A stretch of DNA of 64,000 nt from Phoronis australis (lineage: Eukaryota; Animalia; Phoronida): positions 2,899 through 66,898 of the forward strand of contig NMRA01001032.1 of NCBI GenBank assembly GCA_002633005.1, read 5' to 3'. The first letter of the stretch is position 1. Each line of letters starts with the position of its first letter. The notes beneath the pieces were generated by a model. The model was not told the origin of the DNA. It did not search any database and saw only the letters and a list, made by a program, of their open reading frames with translations. This document shows positions 49,001 through 61,190 of the stretch, in pieces. The position numbers were made by a program, and so were the translations under genes.

Positions 49001-52000
49001 CTCTTTCATATCAGTCCAAATATTACTCAGCTTCAAACGTCACGTAAAATAATTTTGCACCTTTACACAATTAAAATTAAACTATAGCAAGGAAAGAGGA
49101 CACTGCGTTGGTTCGATAATCAGGAGACTGTTTCGTTCAGCTTGATGTCTGATCACGAATGAGCCGCCCCTATGGGGAAGCAATCCTTGACGACTGGAAT
49201 AGACTTTGCAAGAGACTTGCTGCAAGAGAAAAATGCAAAAGCGCCGCCGTAGAACGGTCCTGGAAGGCATCGGTGGGGGGGGAGGTTGTTGAACAGCGAT
49301 TTTTCGCTTGCTGGTCCAAGCCCTAAGGCACCACATTGTGCGTGGCTATAAAACCTTGATCATCGAACAAACGAGTTGTTTCTAAGAAAACAAATAGAAG
49401 AACAACATTGCAACACAGAGATATCTGTGCTTAGAATGGCTCTGGTACACGACAGGNAGCTTGATGTCTGATCACGAATGAGCCGCCCCTATGGGGAAGC
49501 AATCCTTGACGACTGGAATAGACTTTGCAAGAGACTTGCTGCAAGAGAAAAATGCAAAAGCGCCGCCGTAGAACGGTCCTGGAAGGCATCGGTGGGGGGG
49601 GAGGTTGTTGAACAGCGATTTTTCGCTTGCTGGTCCAAGCCCTAAGGCACCACATTGTGCGTGGCTATAAAACCTTGATCATCGAACAAACGAGTTGTTT
49701 CTAAGAAAACAAATAGAAGAACAACATTGCAACACAGAGATATCTGTGCTTAGAATGGCTCTGGTACACGACAAGTCCTGAGAGTGCGCCAAAACCGAAC
49801 TACTTTTATTTGCCGTGTCGCCTACTCAAGAATGCCCAGATCAGGGACAGAGAGTGGAACAGTGTCAAAGACAATGGAACATTTGAGTTTTTTATCTTCG
49901 GTTCCGGTGATGAATATATAGACTTAGCAAGCATAGAGCTTTACGCCAGAGCGAAAATAATTAAGGCAGGCGGATGCTGCCAGCTGTGGCCCTACCAACT
50001 TGTGGCTATATTGGATGTTCAGTCAAGTCGAAATCTTGAACAAAAAGCTGAATTTTACTTTAACCAACACTTATTGCTATAGAGCCTATTTGGAAGCACC
50101 GTTGTCTTACCGAAACGAGACCTAGAGCGAGCTTCGACTGCAGCACTCTGATACAGGTATACTAGTGGGAAAATTGACACGATGAGCGGACATTACTTAG
50201 GAGTTACCACGCGCAAAACTCTTACAAAAAGCGCCGTCATTGACATGAAGAACAGACTACACATTGCCATATTCATGCAAGACTGGTATCTACTCAACAA
50301 CGTTGTCGCAAAGATTGGATTGGTGCGTAGTAAGAACACATTTGCTGCCATGTTTCCGACTGCAGATGCAAGTTTCTAAATGAAGATCGAAGACGCCAAG
50401 ATATTGGTCAGGGAAACGAAACTCAGCCAAATTGTACAGCTGGCGCACATAAAGGTCCTAGAAAAAAGATTTGCGAAGTACCCTCTTCGACGCATCGAGT
50501 GCAAAGTGTTTTCCATACCGGCGTAATAGCTGTCCATTACCAGGGAGAATTTATTTTTAGGCCAAATATCCAAACAGGATATCGTGTGCCTTTGCAATAC
50601 CATCGCTTACAACGGGTCGTATTCAAAGAACCCCTTGAACTTCAAACTTTACTACATCACAAATTTCTCGCTTTACGTCAACGGAGTGCAGGGGCCTTTT
50701 GAACCCATAGAGTCGAAATTTGACAAATCTACGTTCGTCAGAGCTTTCACGACTTAATTTTCGATAACTGGGCAGAATTACGAGGACGAAGGCAACGCCA
50801 TCGAACGCCTGGAAACTTAAATACGCCTTGAAGTTCCTTGCGCATCGACACTGCCTGCTACAGTCGACGCCATTTTTACGCTGTGTTTGAGAACAGTGTG
50901 GAAATCTACAGATCTAGGAACGTCTTGCTTGATTTTTCACCATGAGGACTGCTGAGATACGTGAAATTCTAGCAAACGACGACTTCCTGGTCCAATCTTT
51001 GGTGTTTGCGACGAACAGTGTAATCTGGGTGTTGTTTCACAGTCGGCTGCTCCTTGGGACGCAACATTGCCAACAGAGGTCAGAATGAGCGCACCCAGCT
51101 ATGAAACATCATTTGAAAGACTTTATCAAGAAAAAAGTCGATTTTCGTCGACAGTTTGTGGAGAGTGCTGAATATTATGCCACTCGAGGGGATAGCAGAT
51201 GAACTTCATTACTAACATGTTTGATAAAGATACTGAGACCAATGATAAGCTGGTAATAGTTTTGATAATTTTCTACAAAAACAGCATACATGTACATGTA
51301 TTCAGTGTCTAAGCGCTCATTGTACATATATTCAATGTAGTAGCGCTGATTGTAAGATTTAATGATTGAAAAGCGTTAAATATGTGAATGCTTGCTTAGA
51401 GTAGAAGATACGTAAGTAACAAATATTTGGAGCATCGGTGTAATTGTTATCACGGCTCACAAGAGGCTCGCTTTGCACGCAAACAGGCACCTCTAGTTTT
51501 ACAGGTTTATTATTTTCTCTTCCACATGTTGTAACGCTCCTTTACTTTCGCATTCGCAATAAGTACAGACCTGTTAGCAAAGACTTAACATGGGTCAGAC
51601 AAATCCATTCAGCAGAACAACGTTCTCTGCGACTATGCATAAACCAGAGGCTTGAGTTAAAGAGGCACCAAACATGAAAGCTCGTCAAAAATATCTTTTA
51701 AACAAATCCTGATGAAAGTACCATCTCGAAACGTCTAATACAGAGTAATTAACTTTTCCATGTGAGAAAACTTCCAGAAAAATCACAAACTTCACGATTT
51801 TTGAAATACGTGTGACAGAAAAGTCTGTGCTTTCCACCGAGTTTCTTATCTCCCACCCATTTATGAAAAATGCACGCATGCGCTCACAGTCAGTTGCTTG
51901 AAGTTGCTTGAGGCCCAAGGTCACATTTTCCATATAAGGAAAATTTGCTACGTATATGTCTTGTACCAAATAAATAGACTCGCTTTGCCCTGTGGAAGAA

Positions 52001-55000
52001 AAATCGACATAGTGGCGACCAGTTGATAGATCGTTTTTTTTTGTAATTTCAAACTATAAGAAAATGCTTTGCTATTAACAAAAATTAAAAATCTATACGA
52101 AAAAAACTTAAAAATACATGATGAGCTGGTTAAATTTTTTTCAGTGACAGGGAGCCACTTTCCATACTATAGTTTAGTTTGTTTGTCACGTCCCAGGCCC
52201 ATTTAAATAGCGAACCGATAAAGAGATGGCTCACCGTTACAATCGGACGTGTGTGTATAATGAAAAATGAACTCACCACAACTGTGTCGGTTAACTCCTC
52301 ACAAACCTAAAGACGCTGATTAAATGTGCAACATACAAAATAGAAAAATAAATAAAAAGGGTCTCGCATCGTAATACGTACAACACCAATGTCATTAAAA
52401 AACTTACCAGTTGACAAATGTTAATATTTGCTTCGGAAATAAGATAATTATATAAAACGTTTTTACATCATAGGACTTATAATATAATTATATACTTTAC
52501 TGACGCGCTCAAACGGCCATGGGCTCAAAGCGCGGTGATACATATAAACATGCGGAGAGTACACAGCAACGACCTATAAATACGCAACAATAACAAAACT
52601 TACTTAAGAGTATTCTTCTATTGTGGAACTTGTTTTACTGAAAAACAAACTCACCACCTTTAACCTTTAATCTATGACCTTTGACCAAGGGACCTCTGAA
52701 AACGTTCGTAGTAGTAAACGTCATTGTGACAGACTCACAAAGCATGTTGCGCAAAATACAGCAGGGCCTTCTAAAGCCCACATGGATACACCTCATTCGG
52801 CAGAGCCACCTGGAATCCCTTGTCTGAATTTTTTCACCGGATCATGCAGGAGTTGTCGGTAACGAAAGGGCTGACAAACTTGCGGGAATGGGCAATATGG
52901 GTGGACCCTTGAAGATGGGTGAGGCAGAGGTGCTTGCTGCCCTGGATGAGAAGCGGGAGGTGGAAACTGGGGAATTAGTCTAAAGATTGCGACAGTTCGG
53001 TGTAGACAAGGGAACCGCAGCAAAGTCTACAATTAGAGGAATGTGGCGGAAAATCCAGAATCAGCACCTTACTGGAACAATTAGTCAAGGTGTTCTGCGT
53101 GAGCTTCTGAGGTGGAGGACTGAGCATATATGGGTGTGCTCAACATGTTATGACGTCGACTCTGCACCCAGATAACCAGATAAACGTCAATGCAAAACAC
53201 ACGTTTGGAAAGAACAAGTGGGAGAAATTTGATGTTTAATTCTCAGTGGCTCCCAAAGGTAGATGTAGGGCGAACGCTGACAAAGAGCTACGCACATCGA
53301 ATGAAAATTATCACAGCTCATAATTCACGTTTGTGGCAAAAGGAACTGTAAGGATTTTGTCTCGTGAGGCGATGAAACGAATTTCTCACTTGGCAACTTT
53401 CTTTTACCTTCTGTTTTCATCGTCAAGATTTTACCAATTCTGCAATTGGTCAATTTGCTCACAAATAGTACCATCTGTCGTCTTGGTGGCTCATTAGTGA
53501 ACAATTTTATGGATAGCGTAGTGACAGTAAGTTGTTCATGTTCACGGCGTTGGCGTATTTATAGCAACTTTCTTTGTGACGCATGATCACGTGTAATAAA
53601 CTGCTACAGATATTTGTAGAACTAGCTTATGCTCATTGACATCCTGTTATGATTTCACTCTCATTAGGCTTTCCCTTGCTCTATTTACTCAGCTCAGTTG
53701 GAAGCCTGTTGTTATTGTCCATGTTACAGGTCCAATGGAATCCGGAATGGAGAAGTGGTATACCAACAACTACAGGTTTGTCAGCCCTCACGATCCAATA
53801 TATCTGACCAAACTGACGATGAAAACTATGGAAACGAAGTTTGGAGTAAATGGGAACTACACAACTAACGCCAATCATGATGGCCGCATGATCTATATTC
53901 CCCGATTCCGTGGACGAGGGGGCACTTCTCGCGTGTATGGAGCTATAGCAAGACGCGCGAGCCCGGCTGTTCTCGACCTGTGGCCTGAAGGTAAATCTCA
54001 ATGGAATGTCAAATAAAACTGGCACAATCAACAAACGCAAGGTTATTGGGTATGACCTCAGGAAAATATCCTAATGTGGCTAATTTCAGATGCTGTTTTT
54101 TAATGTGTTACTCTCTGTTAGGAATTGTTTTGAAAAGTTTCAGTTTTACATAAGGGGCCACAAAACACGACGTATACTATTTATATGAAAATTATCGAAA
54201 CTTGCCACAAACGAAAACAAAATCATGCTTTAGGAAACTCTCTCCGGGTTTTTGAGAATTCATCTTGCATATTTATATTAAAAGACATTTGGTCACTTTA
54301 TTGGTATCATTTTGTGCTGTCTATGTACCTATGTTTCCTGAAAATTTTCAGAAAAAACATAACAACATCTAACCCAGTCAACTGCAGACTAGCATTTAAA
54401 GAAAGTTAATATTCATTTGTGTAGGTTTTTTGCTTTCTGAAAAAATATTTTACTGAATCGAAATCTGTAGTAGTTCTACAAATATTTGTCTAAATACACT
54501 GACTTGTCGATTAGGTCCCACATAACCGAAACTAAAAATATACGTCCTTTTCGTATTTGGCACTGGCTAGTTAACGTAGAAAGCTTTCTTTATGACAGGA
54601 TGGCGACATGAAGACATGACGTATTACTACAAGAAGTCTGAGGACCATTACTGCTACTACGATCCACCAGAAGTCACCGGAATTTCGCCAACCGATTGCA
54701 AGAAATGGCACGGAAAAGACGGGCCGATGCAACTCAATTCCCAGTTAAAGGTAAGGTGCCGTGAATGCGAGACCCCCTTGCCCTAAAATAATGGCGGTTT
54801 TGATTCACCAGACTCGATTTGTGAGACCCATGGGTTTGACAATAAACCCAACTGGCTTCTCTTTCCCCATTTTTACTATGGGGTCGTGGGTTTAAAGGTG
54901 GGGTCGAGCGGGCTTAAGAACAATCCTCTGTACTTTCATCCACAGGAAGCCTTCATACTGTTCCCCAGAGAGATGAAATATCTTTGTGAAGACAAGACGA

Positions 55001-58000
55001 AGCCTTGGAATGGTTATAAGGCTAATTACAACGGTCCAGTGGAGGACAGGTACAATTTCTTTAAACACAAATTACGAAGCTTGTGGGTGATTGCCGTTGT
55101 ACTTACAAACAAGGAAGTCCGAGATACAACACACGCGCGCGGAGACTGGTTTCACCCTCTACATTTACGCCTCGCCAGCTGTTACTGGTGCCATTATTCC
55201 GATGCTTTCTTTGAAAAATATTTAAACTAAACCTCCATAGCTGCCTACGGATGTAGAAAAATTTCGCTTGTTGAGAATTTTCTTCCGCTATTTCTCTTTT
55301 TATGGCATGCACCTCCATTTTGCAAAAATTGGGCGCCGAACTAAACATGTTTGAACGCATTTTACTAGCATGTACAGCTAGCTGATAACGAATTAGTGAT
55401 ACGGTTTTAAATGACCACAATTGATTAATTCAATGTAATATCTTTTAAAAGTCATTTTCAAATTTGCTTTTGTGTGGCAAATACGGCTGGCTATTTAGGC
55501 AGGTTTTCACCGGAGCCATTTTCGGCCAAATGTGGCACTCTGTAGCAGCCATATTGCACCTTTTCAAATAGTAACCTTATAATAATTTGCTTATTCATTC
55601 CCAACCTCTTCATAATCTAAAATAAAAAAAATCTTGCCTCTCCCGTAGTTTTTGCTTACGAAGCATTACACGAACTGCATTTCGCCCTATTTGCCTTTTC
55701 TCAGTTGCTTCAACAACCAACGTGTAAATAGTTTGCAAAAAAGCTTGTATTTTAGATAAAAAGCAGACAGCACAACTAATAACCATTCTTTCAAAGCCAC
55801 ACTGATGATTATTGCTTATTACAAACATTATGTAAATAAATTGTGAATGGCATGCGTGCTTCGTCTAAAATAAGTGATAGATGGCGTCGCTGATTATTTT
55901 CATGCATACTGTGAACTCCTCTACCAGCCAAATTTTCGTTATTCGGTTTTGTTGTGTTCGGTGTGAGAACCGTTGGCATAGGAAGGGAGGCACCAAAGGT
56001 GATTTTGGTCCTCTCTTCAGTCGCAGGCACATTTAATCCGCGCTCGACGATATACTATAGTAAAGAGAAAGGTATACGGCTGCTATCGAATATGGTCGCC
56101 GCCAAGCACTTCCGGAGTGTCAAAGCGTTTCAAATCTAGCAGTAATTGAAGTTAAATTTTATCTGCGACAACAACACGTTTACTACTTACATTTGGTGAC
56201 AACTAAATCAATAAATACCATAAAAACCTCCAGAGTTTCCTAATTCAATCGGCAACATTCACGGAAAAACATAGTGCCCGTGATGATTCATTGGCGACAA
56301 CTATTGCCCACGCTTATAAGGCCGCTCACAATATCACCAGAACGCTTACATCAACTAAAAAACAGCAGCATTATCCTTATACTACTGTAGGGGCACACTT
56401 TTTGAGAAACAAATAATGCAGTAAACAACTGCAACAAACATTATTTGAATATGCTTTGACTCTGAGGTTACTGACATCGTCTCAGAAAAAAATTGCAAAA
56501 TGTCCCTGTTTATTTCCCATCCCCGGGGTTCCAGTTTTAAAAGTCGGGGTTCGTGTTTTAGGGCTCGTTTGAAGGTCCGGATGCCTGTTTCCGACTCCGG
56601 GATGTCTGTTTTACATCGGAATTCCATTTTCGATGAAACACCCTGTGTGAAGCCACTTGAACTTTTCCCTACAAACTCACAATGGGATCTGGTAAATGCT
56701 GGAAGATAATTAGGCCTCCCATATGAAAAACGTTTTTGAGCAATATCTAATCGGTGTACTGGCGTCATAGGTATCGGCTCTCAACACCTGGTGTAGAATG
56801 GACGTACAAATACAGATACGCGTTTGAATTAAAAATGGTTTCCAATTTGGAGTTTTTGTAGTCAGTGTCATGCTTAAAAAGTGTTCGAAAAAATATTTTT
56901 CAGAACAAGCTGCAGTATCTTCCAGCAGTATAAGCTCCGCATCGATAAAGACAGCAATCCGACGAAGGAAGCTCGTGCCAATCGTGCCTCTGAAACGGCA
57001 CGCGGAAGTAGTTTCACTGGGTACTACAAATACAACGTCAACAAACCGTATCTCGCTGTATCTGCACCTGTAACAGGTACAGTGACTCTGCGTTTCGTTC
57101 CCGGCAGTGCGTTCCCTACAGTTCGTACCAATGTCACGAGATGTTGCAGAAAACATACATTAAGATTGCGTTGATATTCCTTTTTAATGTGTAGGAGAGG
57201 CAACAGATATGTATTGAGAGGATGAAGAGAGGAAAGGAGGGAAGGAGAGAGGGAGGTAGAGTTGTAAAATGAGAAAGTGACGTTGCAGGGATATTATTGG
57301 ACGCAGTAGGAAAACATAAGATTTCAAAGTAGAGCCTTTAGCCCACTTACTTCCACGTTCAACAAAACAAAACAAAATGGCCTCCGGGCTAAACGTGTAC
57401 AGGGTCACGCGATAAGCAATCTCTTCTCTATATCTATGGGTAAAGTAACTCCGACACAAGAACCTTGAAAAAGTGGGATATCTCGCAAATCCTCGCGAGA
57501 TTTCACCCTGCATTATAAGCGAACCACATGTTATCATTAGTTTCCTTTGCGAATGCAAGGAGCGTGGCCCAAATGACAAAGAAATTTGACGTCTCTGACG
57601 CCGTTTTCAAGGTAATTAAAGAAAATTCAGTATAACATGGGAAAACGTTGCTAAAACTTTGTCTCAAGAAGGGAGCTTAAAGACTCATGAAAGACAAAAG
57701 CTCTTCAAGAATATCTTTTAATCAATTCCTGATGAAAATACCATCTCGCAACGTCTAGTACTTGTACACAGTAACTCACTTTCCCTTGTGGAAATTTCCA
57801 GAAAAAATCACAAAATTCACGATTTTTGAAATACCCGCAGAAGAAAAACTGTTGTTGCCACAGAGTTTCTTATCTCCCTCCCACTTCTCGAAAATGCGTG
57901 CATGCCCTCACATTCAGTTGCTTGAAGTCATAGGTCATATTTAACATATACGAGAAATAATGCAGTTCTTCACAGATTTTCATGAAATGTATCAGATAGG

Positions 58001-61000
58001 TTTCTATTAAAGAGAGGATGACACCCTCTTGTTACGGATAGTATTACGTGCCACCTAGTGGCTATTTTCATTATTTTCTAGTCTGTTTTGGCACCCGTCT
58101 ATTCGACAAAGCCCCTTAAAGCTCATGATAAACGTGTCAAATTTCTCCCTGTATTATTAAAAGACAACAACTGACAGACTACTCTGGAACCCCTTAATGG
58201 CTGTACTTTTTCATCCGAGGCTGCATCTTCTAATTACCTTTTGCAGGACCTTTGTTAAACTGGGCGGATTTATGTCAAGGAGCATGGCAACGAATGAAGA
58301 CAACTTTTGAACGGATCCAAAAGTGCCCCCTAGGGGTGATTTCACGTTCTATGTTGTCTTTGACGTTCCTTGACGGATTTTAAGAAACATACCAAATAGG
58401 TTTATAATAAAGAAACGGTAAAACTTTCTCATTTTCGGATGGATTCAATAGATTTTGTGCCATCCATAAGCCACTAAGTACGATTTCTAAGTCTGCGTTT
58501 TTGGCGTCTCTGCCTCTCTTTCGGCCCAATCACACTTGGGTTCAATATGGAAATTGACATGTGTGCTTCTTTTGGCAAGTGCATGGCTGACGAAAGCTGT
58601 GGTACCCTCTTGTGGTAAATCATTTTTTTTTTCAAATATGGTTCAATACAAGTTCCTTTAATGGATCATCATGAAGTGCGGGAAAAAGTTACTATCACGC
58701 AAACAACAACGTTCATGTTTCTGACGGATTTGACCCAGGTTGCTCCACCTAGTGGCTTTCATATTTTTTGTCGTTTGTAGTCTGGCTATCTATCATCAAA
58801 ATTCCTAAAGAATTATAACGAAAAGTAGGAAGGTGTGTTTCTTCTACTGAGGGCAGCATTTTTGAATCGCTTTGCATCCCGTGCAGGATATTCTTAAGGT
58901 TGCTAGCGTTGCTCCAGTTAGTTTTAATAATAATCATCTCTTGTACCTGTGGTGTATTTATTGCACACCGTGGGTGCATAGCAACGACACTGCGTTACTC
59001 CTGTGGGACATGACTTGAATAACATGTTGATATTGTTGGCATTACTGATTGAGGCAGAAGAACTGTCACAGTAGGGCACTTTCAGGGTTACCCGACGCTG
59101 CGCCGTTTCCCATCCAGAAGTTGCTACAGTACTCATCATGTTCCTCGATTCGTTAGTCCGCCCTAATATAATGAGAAGACGCTTTTCATTTTTCAAGTTA
59201 ATCCAAACGGCTGCCAGCGGCCACATTTGAGTGAAATCGTAACACACGTTAAAAGGCACTAGACGGTTGGCATTGGATTTTGCCTGACTGTACCGACTGT
59301 ACTTCCTGCCATTCGTCCAGTCTGTGGAAAACTGTGCGGTCAGAATCAAAATATGAGTGTCATCTTAGATCAAAAGTACAACGCATGACTACATGAAGTT
59401 CATTATGCCTCATCAGTTTTTACTTTTTGCTTTTAAGCAACTCCGTCTGAAGAAGCAGGTGGTAAAAAGCGCATATTAACTCTTTTCATCCCAAGACCAT
59501 CATGTTCCTACCAATGCTTGTCAAGAGACAACACTAGGTTTTGAAAGAAAGGGTACTAAATCCAAAAGGGTGGTTTAAAAGTGTCTCCTCAAACCAGTTC
59601 TTTACAACCACCAAACTAGACTCACTTAATAAACTTGTAACGCATATCGCGTAAGTACTGCCACCAGGAATAGACACCACAAGAATTCAATCCCTAGGTT
59701 ATGCAAATTAGCCATGGTAACAGCGTAATTGTAGGGTGCCATCCTATATCTTGGGAACTACCCAACAAATTTTCAGAAGATTGACATCCTGCATGTTGTT
59801 CGGAATACATGGCTAAACCATATACTGAGTCCGCTCTGGCTCGGATCTGGTTGAAATGCATCACAAAATTTGGTTGAAACAAATGTAGTGTTGATTTTGA
59901 TTTGGTCGGCAATTCGTTGGTTAACTGACCTCAACATTCGTTCAGGCTGGTATTGGTTTGAAATTCGTCAATTGAGCTTCATTCATTATTATAAAAATCG
60001 CTTGTTAAAGACGGTACGATAACTCAAAAGCTATACTTCGTGGCAATGAGAGCAGCATACTGCAAAATTTAGGCTCTGGTATGATATAAACATATGTTCT
60101 CCTATTACAGCAAAACGTGTCCTATGTGATTTGCTAGCGCATATTAATCGTGAATAAAAATTTTATTATATTTATAGAGATTCTCTTCAACGAAGAGCGT
60201 AAAGCAATCGGAGTGTCCTTTCTTGATGGACATACTGGGCGAATTAAAAAGGCGTTCGTCCGTAAAGAAGTCATCATTGGCGCGGGGGTCTTTGATACAC
60301 CACATTTACTTCAGGTACACTTGATTTTTATATTTAATCTCATGCATTTAATGATGCACTGTTAAAGCCTTGTTTCTGTGCTGATAATGGTGGACTTCGG
60401 TGACTCCATCGCCTGAGACGTCTGGCTGGACGTGTATACCCGTGTATCCTAGACTGCAGTCTACCAAGCGGGTGTGTATGTTGACGTAAACTCCTCGTAC
60501 AGTACGTACCTCTTTAAAATGTTTTTATAGAAAACACTTCTTAACACCTGTCAATATTCACACGAGACCCGATTTTACACATGTACGTGTATGCTTCTAT
60601 TTTGCTGCTATGGGTATGAACTGTTTGCAATCCAACAGAGAAGCTTAATACTCTGATCAGTACATTATTTACAAACTTAAGTCGATTTGCTGAATAAGCA
60701 GCAAATCAAGAAACCGTGTTCTAACCCATTTACCAGTCAATCAGCCAAGCCAATGTACAACCAACTGACGAAGCAACCAACAGAAACATAGAATAATAGA
60801 GTTTTCATCATGTAGTGATGTTTGCGAAATACGTTCGATTGAAACTTACTTGAGTTTTACTCCAGGTGAGTGGGGTCGGACCGAAGGAGCTTCTCAAAGA
60901 TATCGGCGTAGACCTTATTGCCGAGAACGTGCACGTGGGACAGCACTTATGGGACCAGACGTCGGTACCGTACATGCTCAGGCTGAAATCGGAGTCCAAT

Positions 61001-61190
61001 GACTTGTGCTGTGGCAATCCACCAAAAATTAACATTAGCGGTACCGAATACGAAACACAGAGTGTGTACAGCATCAACGGTCCTTTTACCTGGATCATGA
61101 ATTATCGTTCTAACGTCTCCCGTGTTCCCGTTGAGATGACCGACGCCCAGCTCTATGTGGTGGGGAATTCCAAGCTATTTGAAGTGACAG
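46029..61190 (+). CDS. Gene copy 2 (partial, exons 1-8), paralogous secretory GMC oxidoreductase continuing beyond the window
   Basis: Exons 46029-46084, 47838-47956, 53730-53990, 54599-54750, 54946-55049, 56904-57076, 60178-60314, 60866-61190. Same phases and lengths as copy 1 (exon 3 is 9 nt longer); no stops or frameshifts seen. Confidence 0.9.
47838..47956 (+). CDS. Copy 2 exon 2
   Basis: WCDFIVVGAGTSSLSLAGRLAEIPSWKVCVFERG. Confidence 0.92.
49139..49773. repeat. Apparently identical 316-bp tandem duplication around a single N (49457)
   Basis: 49139-49454 matches 49458-49773; probable contig-overlap artefact. Confidence 0.9.
49800..50940 (+). pseudogene. Polinton/adintovirus major capsid protein pseudogene
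   Basis: FEFFIFGSGDEYIDLASIELYARAKI, YRAYLE, LHIAIFMQDWYLLNNV..KIGLVRSK, LAHIKVLEK.FAKYPLRR, NLFLGQ, AYNGSYSKNPLNF, EI..SRNVLLDF across frames. Confidence 0.8.
50942..51260 (+). pseudogene. Adenain-type cysteine protease remnant
   Basis: Follows the capsid gene directly; MRTAEIREILAND start, SSTVCGEC catalytic-Cys region, NDKLV end. Confidence 0.5.
51685..51950. repeat. Dispersed repeat, second copy at ~57705-57955
   Basis: Shared CCTGATGAAA.TACCATCTCG.AACGTCTA and TTCCAGAAAAATCACAAA.TTCACGATTTTTGAAATAC. Confidence 0.75.
52715..53192 (+). mobile_element. 3' fragment of an RNase H-bearing LINE with TSD
   Basis: VIVTDSQSML...IFSPDHAGVVGNERADKLAG (RNase H motifs), (CCAGATAA)2 tail, flanking TAAACGTCATTG / TAAACGTCAATG. 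Confidence 0.75.
53730..53990 (+). CDS. Copy 2 exon 3
   Basis: GPMESGMEKWY...RFRGRGGTSRVYGAIARRA...WPEG. Confidence 0.92.
54599..54750 (+). CDS. Copy 2 exon 4
   Basis: GWRHEDMTYYYKKSED...WHGKDGPMQLNSQLK. Confidence 0.92.
54946..55049 (+). CDS. Copy 2 exon 5
   Basis: EAFILFPREMKYLCEDKTKPWNGYKANYNGPVEDR. Confidence 0.9.
56904..57076 (+). CDS. Copy 2 exon 6
   Basis: TSCSIFQQYK...ARGSSFTGYY...VSAPVT. Confidence 0.9.
60178..60314 (+). CDS. Copy 2 exon 7
   Basis: EILFNEERKAIGVSF...RKEVIIGAGVFDTPHLLQ. Confidence 0.92.
60866..61190 (+). CDS. Copy 2 exon 8
   Basis: VSGVGPKELLKDIGV...VGQHLWDQ...GNSKLFEVT. Confidence 0.92.

Larger units (their letters stand above)
48670..52700 (+). mobile_element. 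Deleted Polinton/Maverick (adintovirus-like) relic in copy 2 intron 2
   Basis: Contains major-capsid and adenain remnants; degenerate inverted ends (CAAAGGTCAAAGGTCA ~48692, TGACCTTTGACC ~52675); absent from copy 1 intron 2. Boundaries approximate. Confidence 0.55.

Noticed and set aside
49139-49773. Perfect 316-bp tandem duplication with duplicated 74-84 aa ORFs
   Set aside because: The copies are joined by a single N, typical of an unmerged contig overlap.
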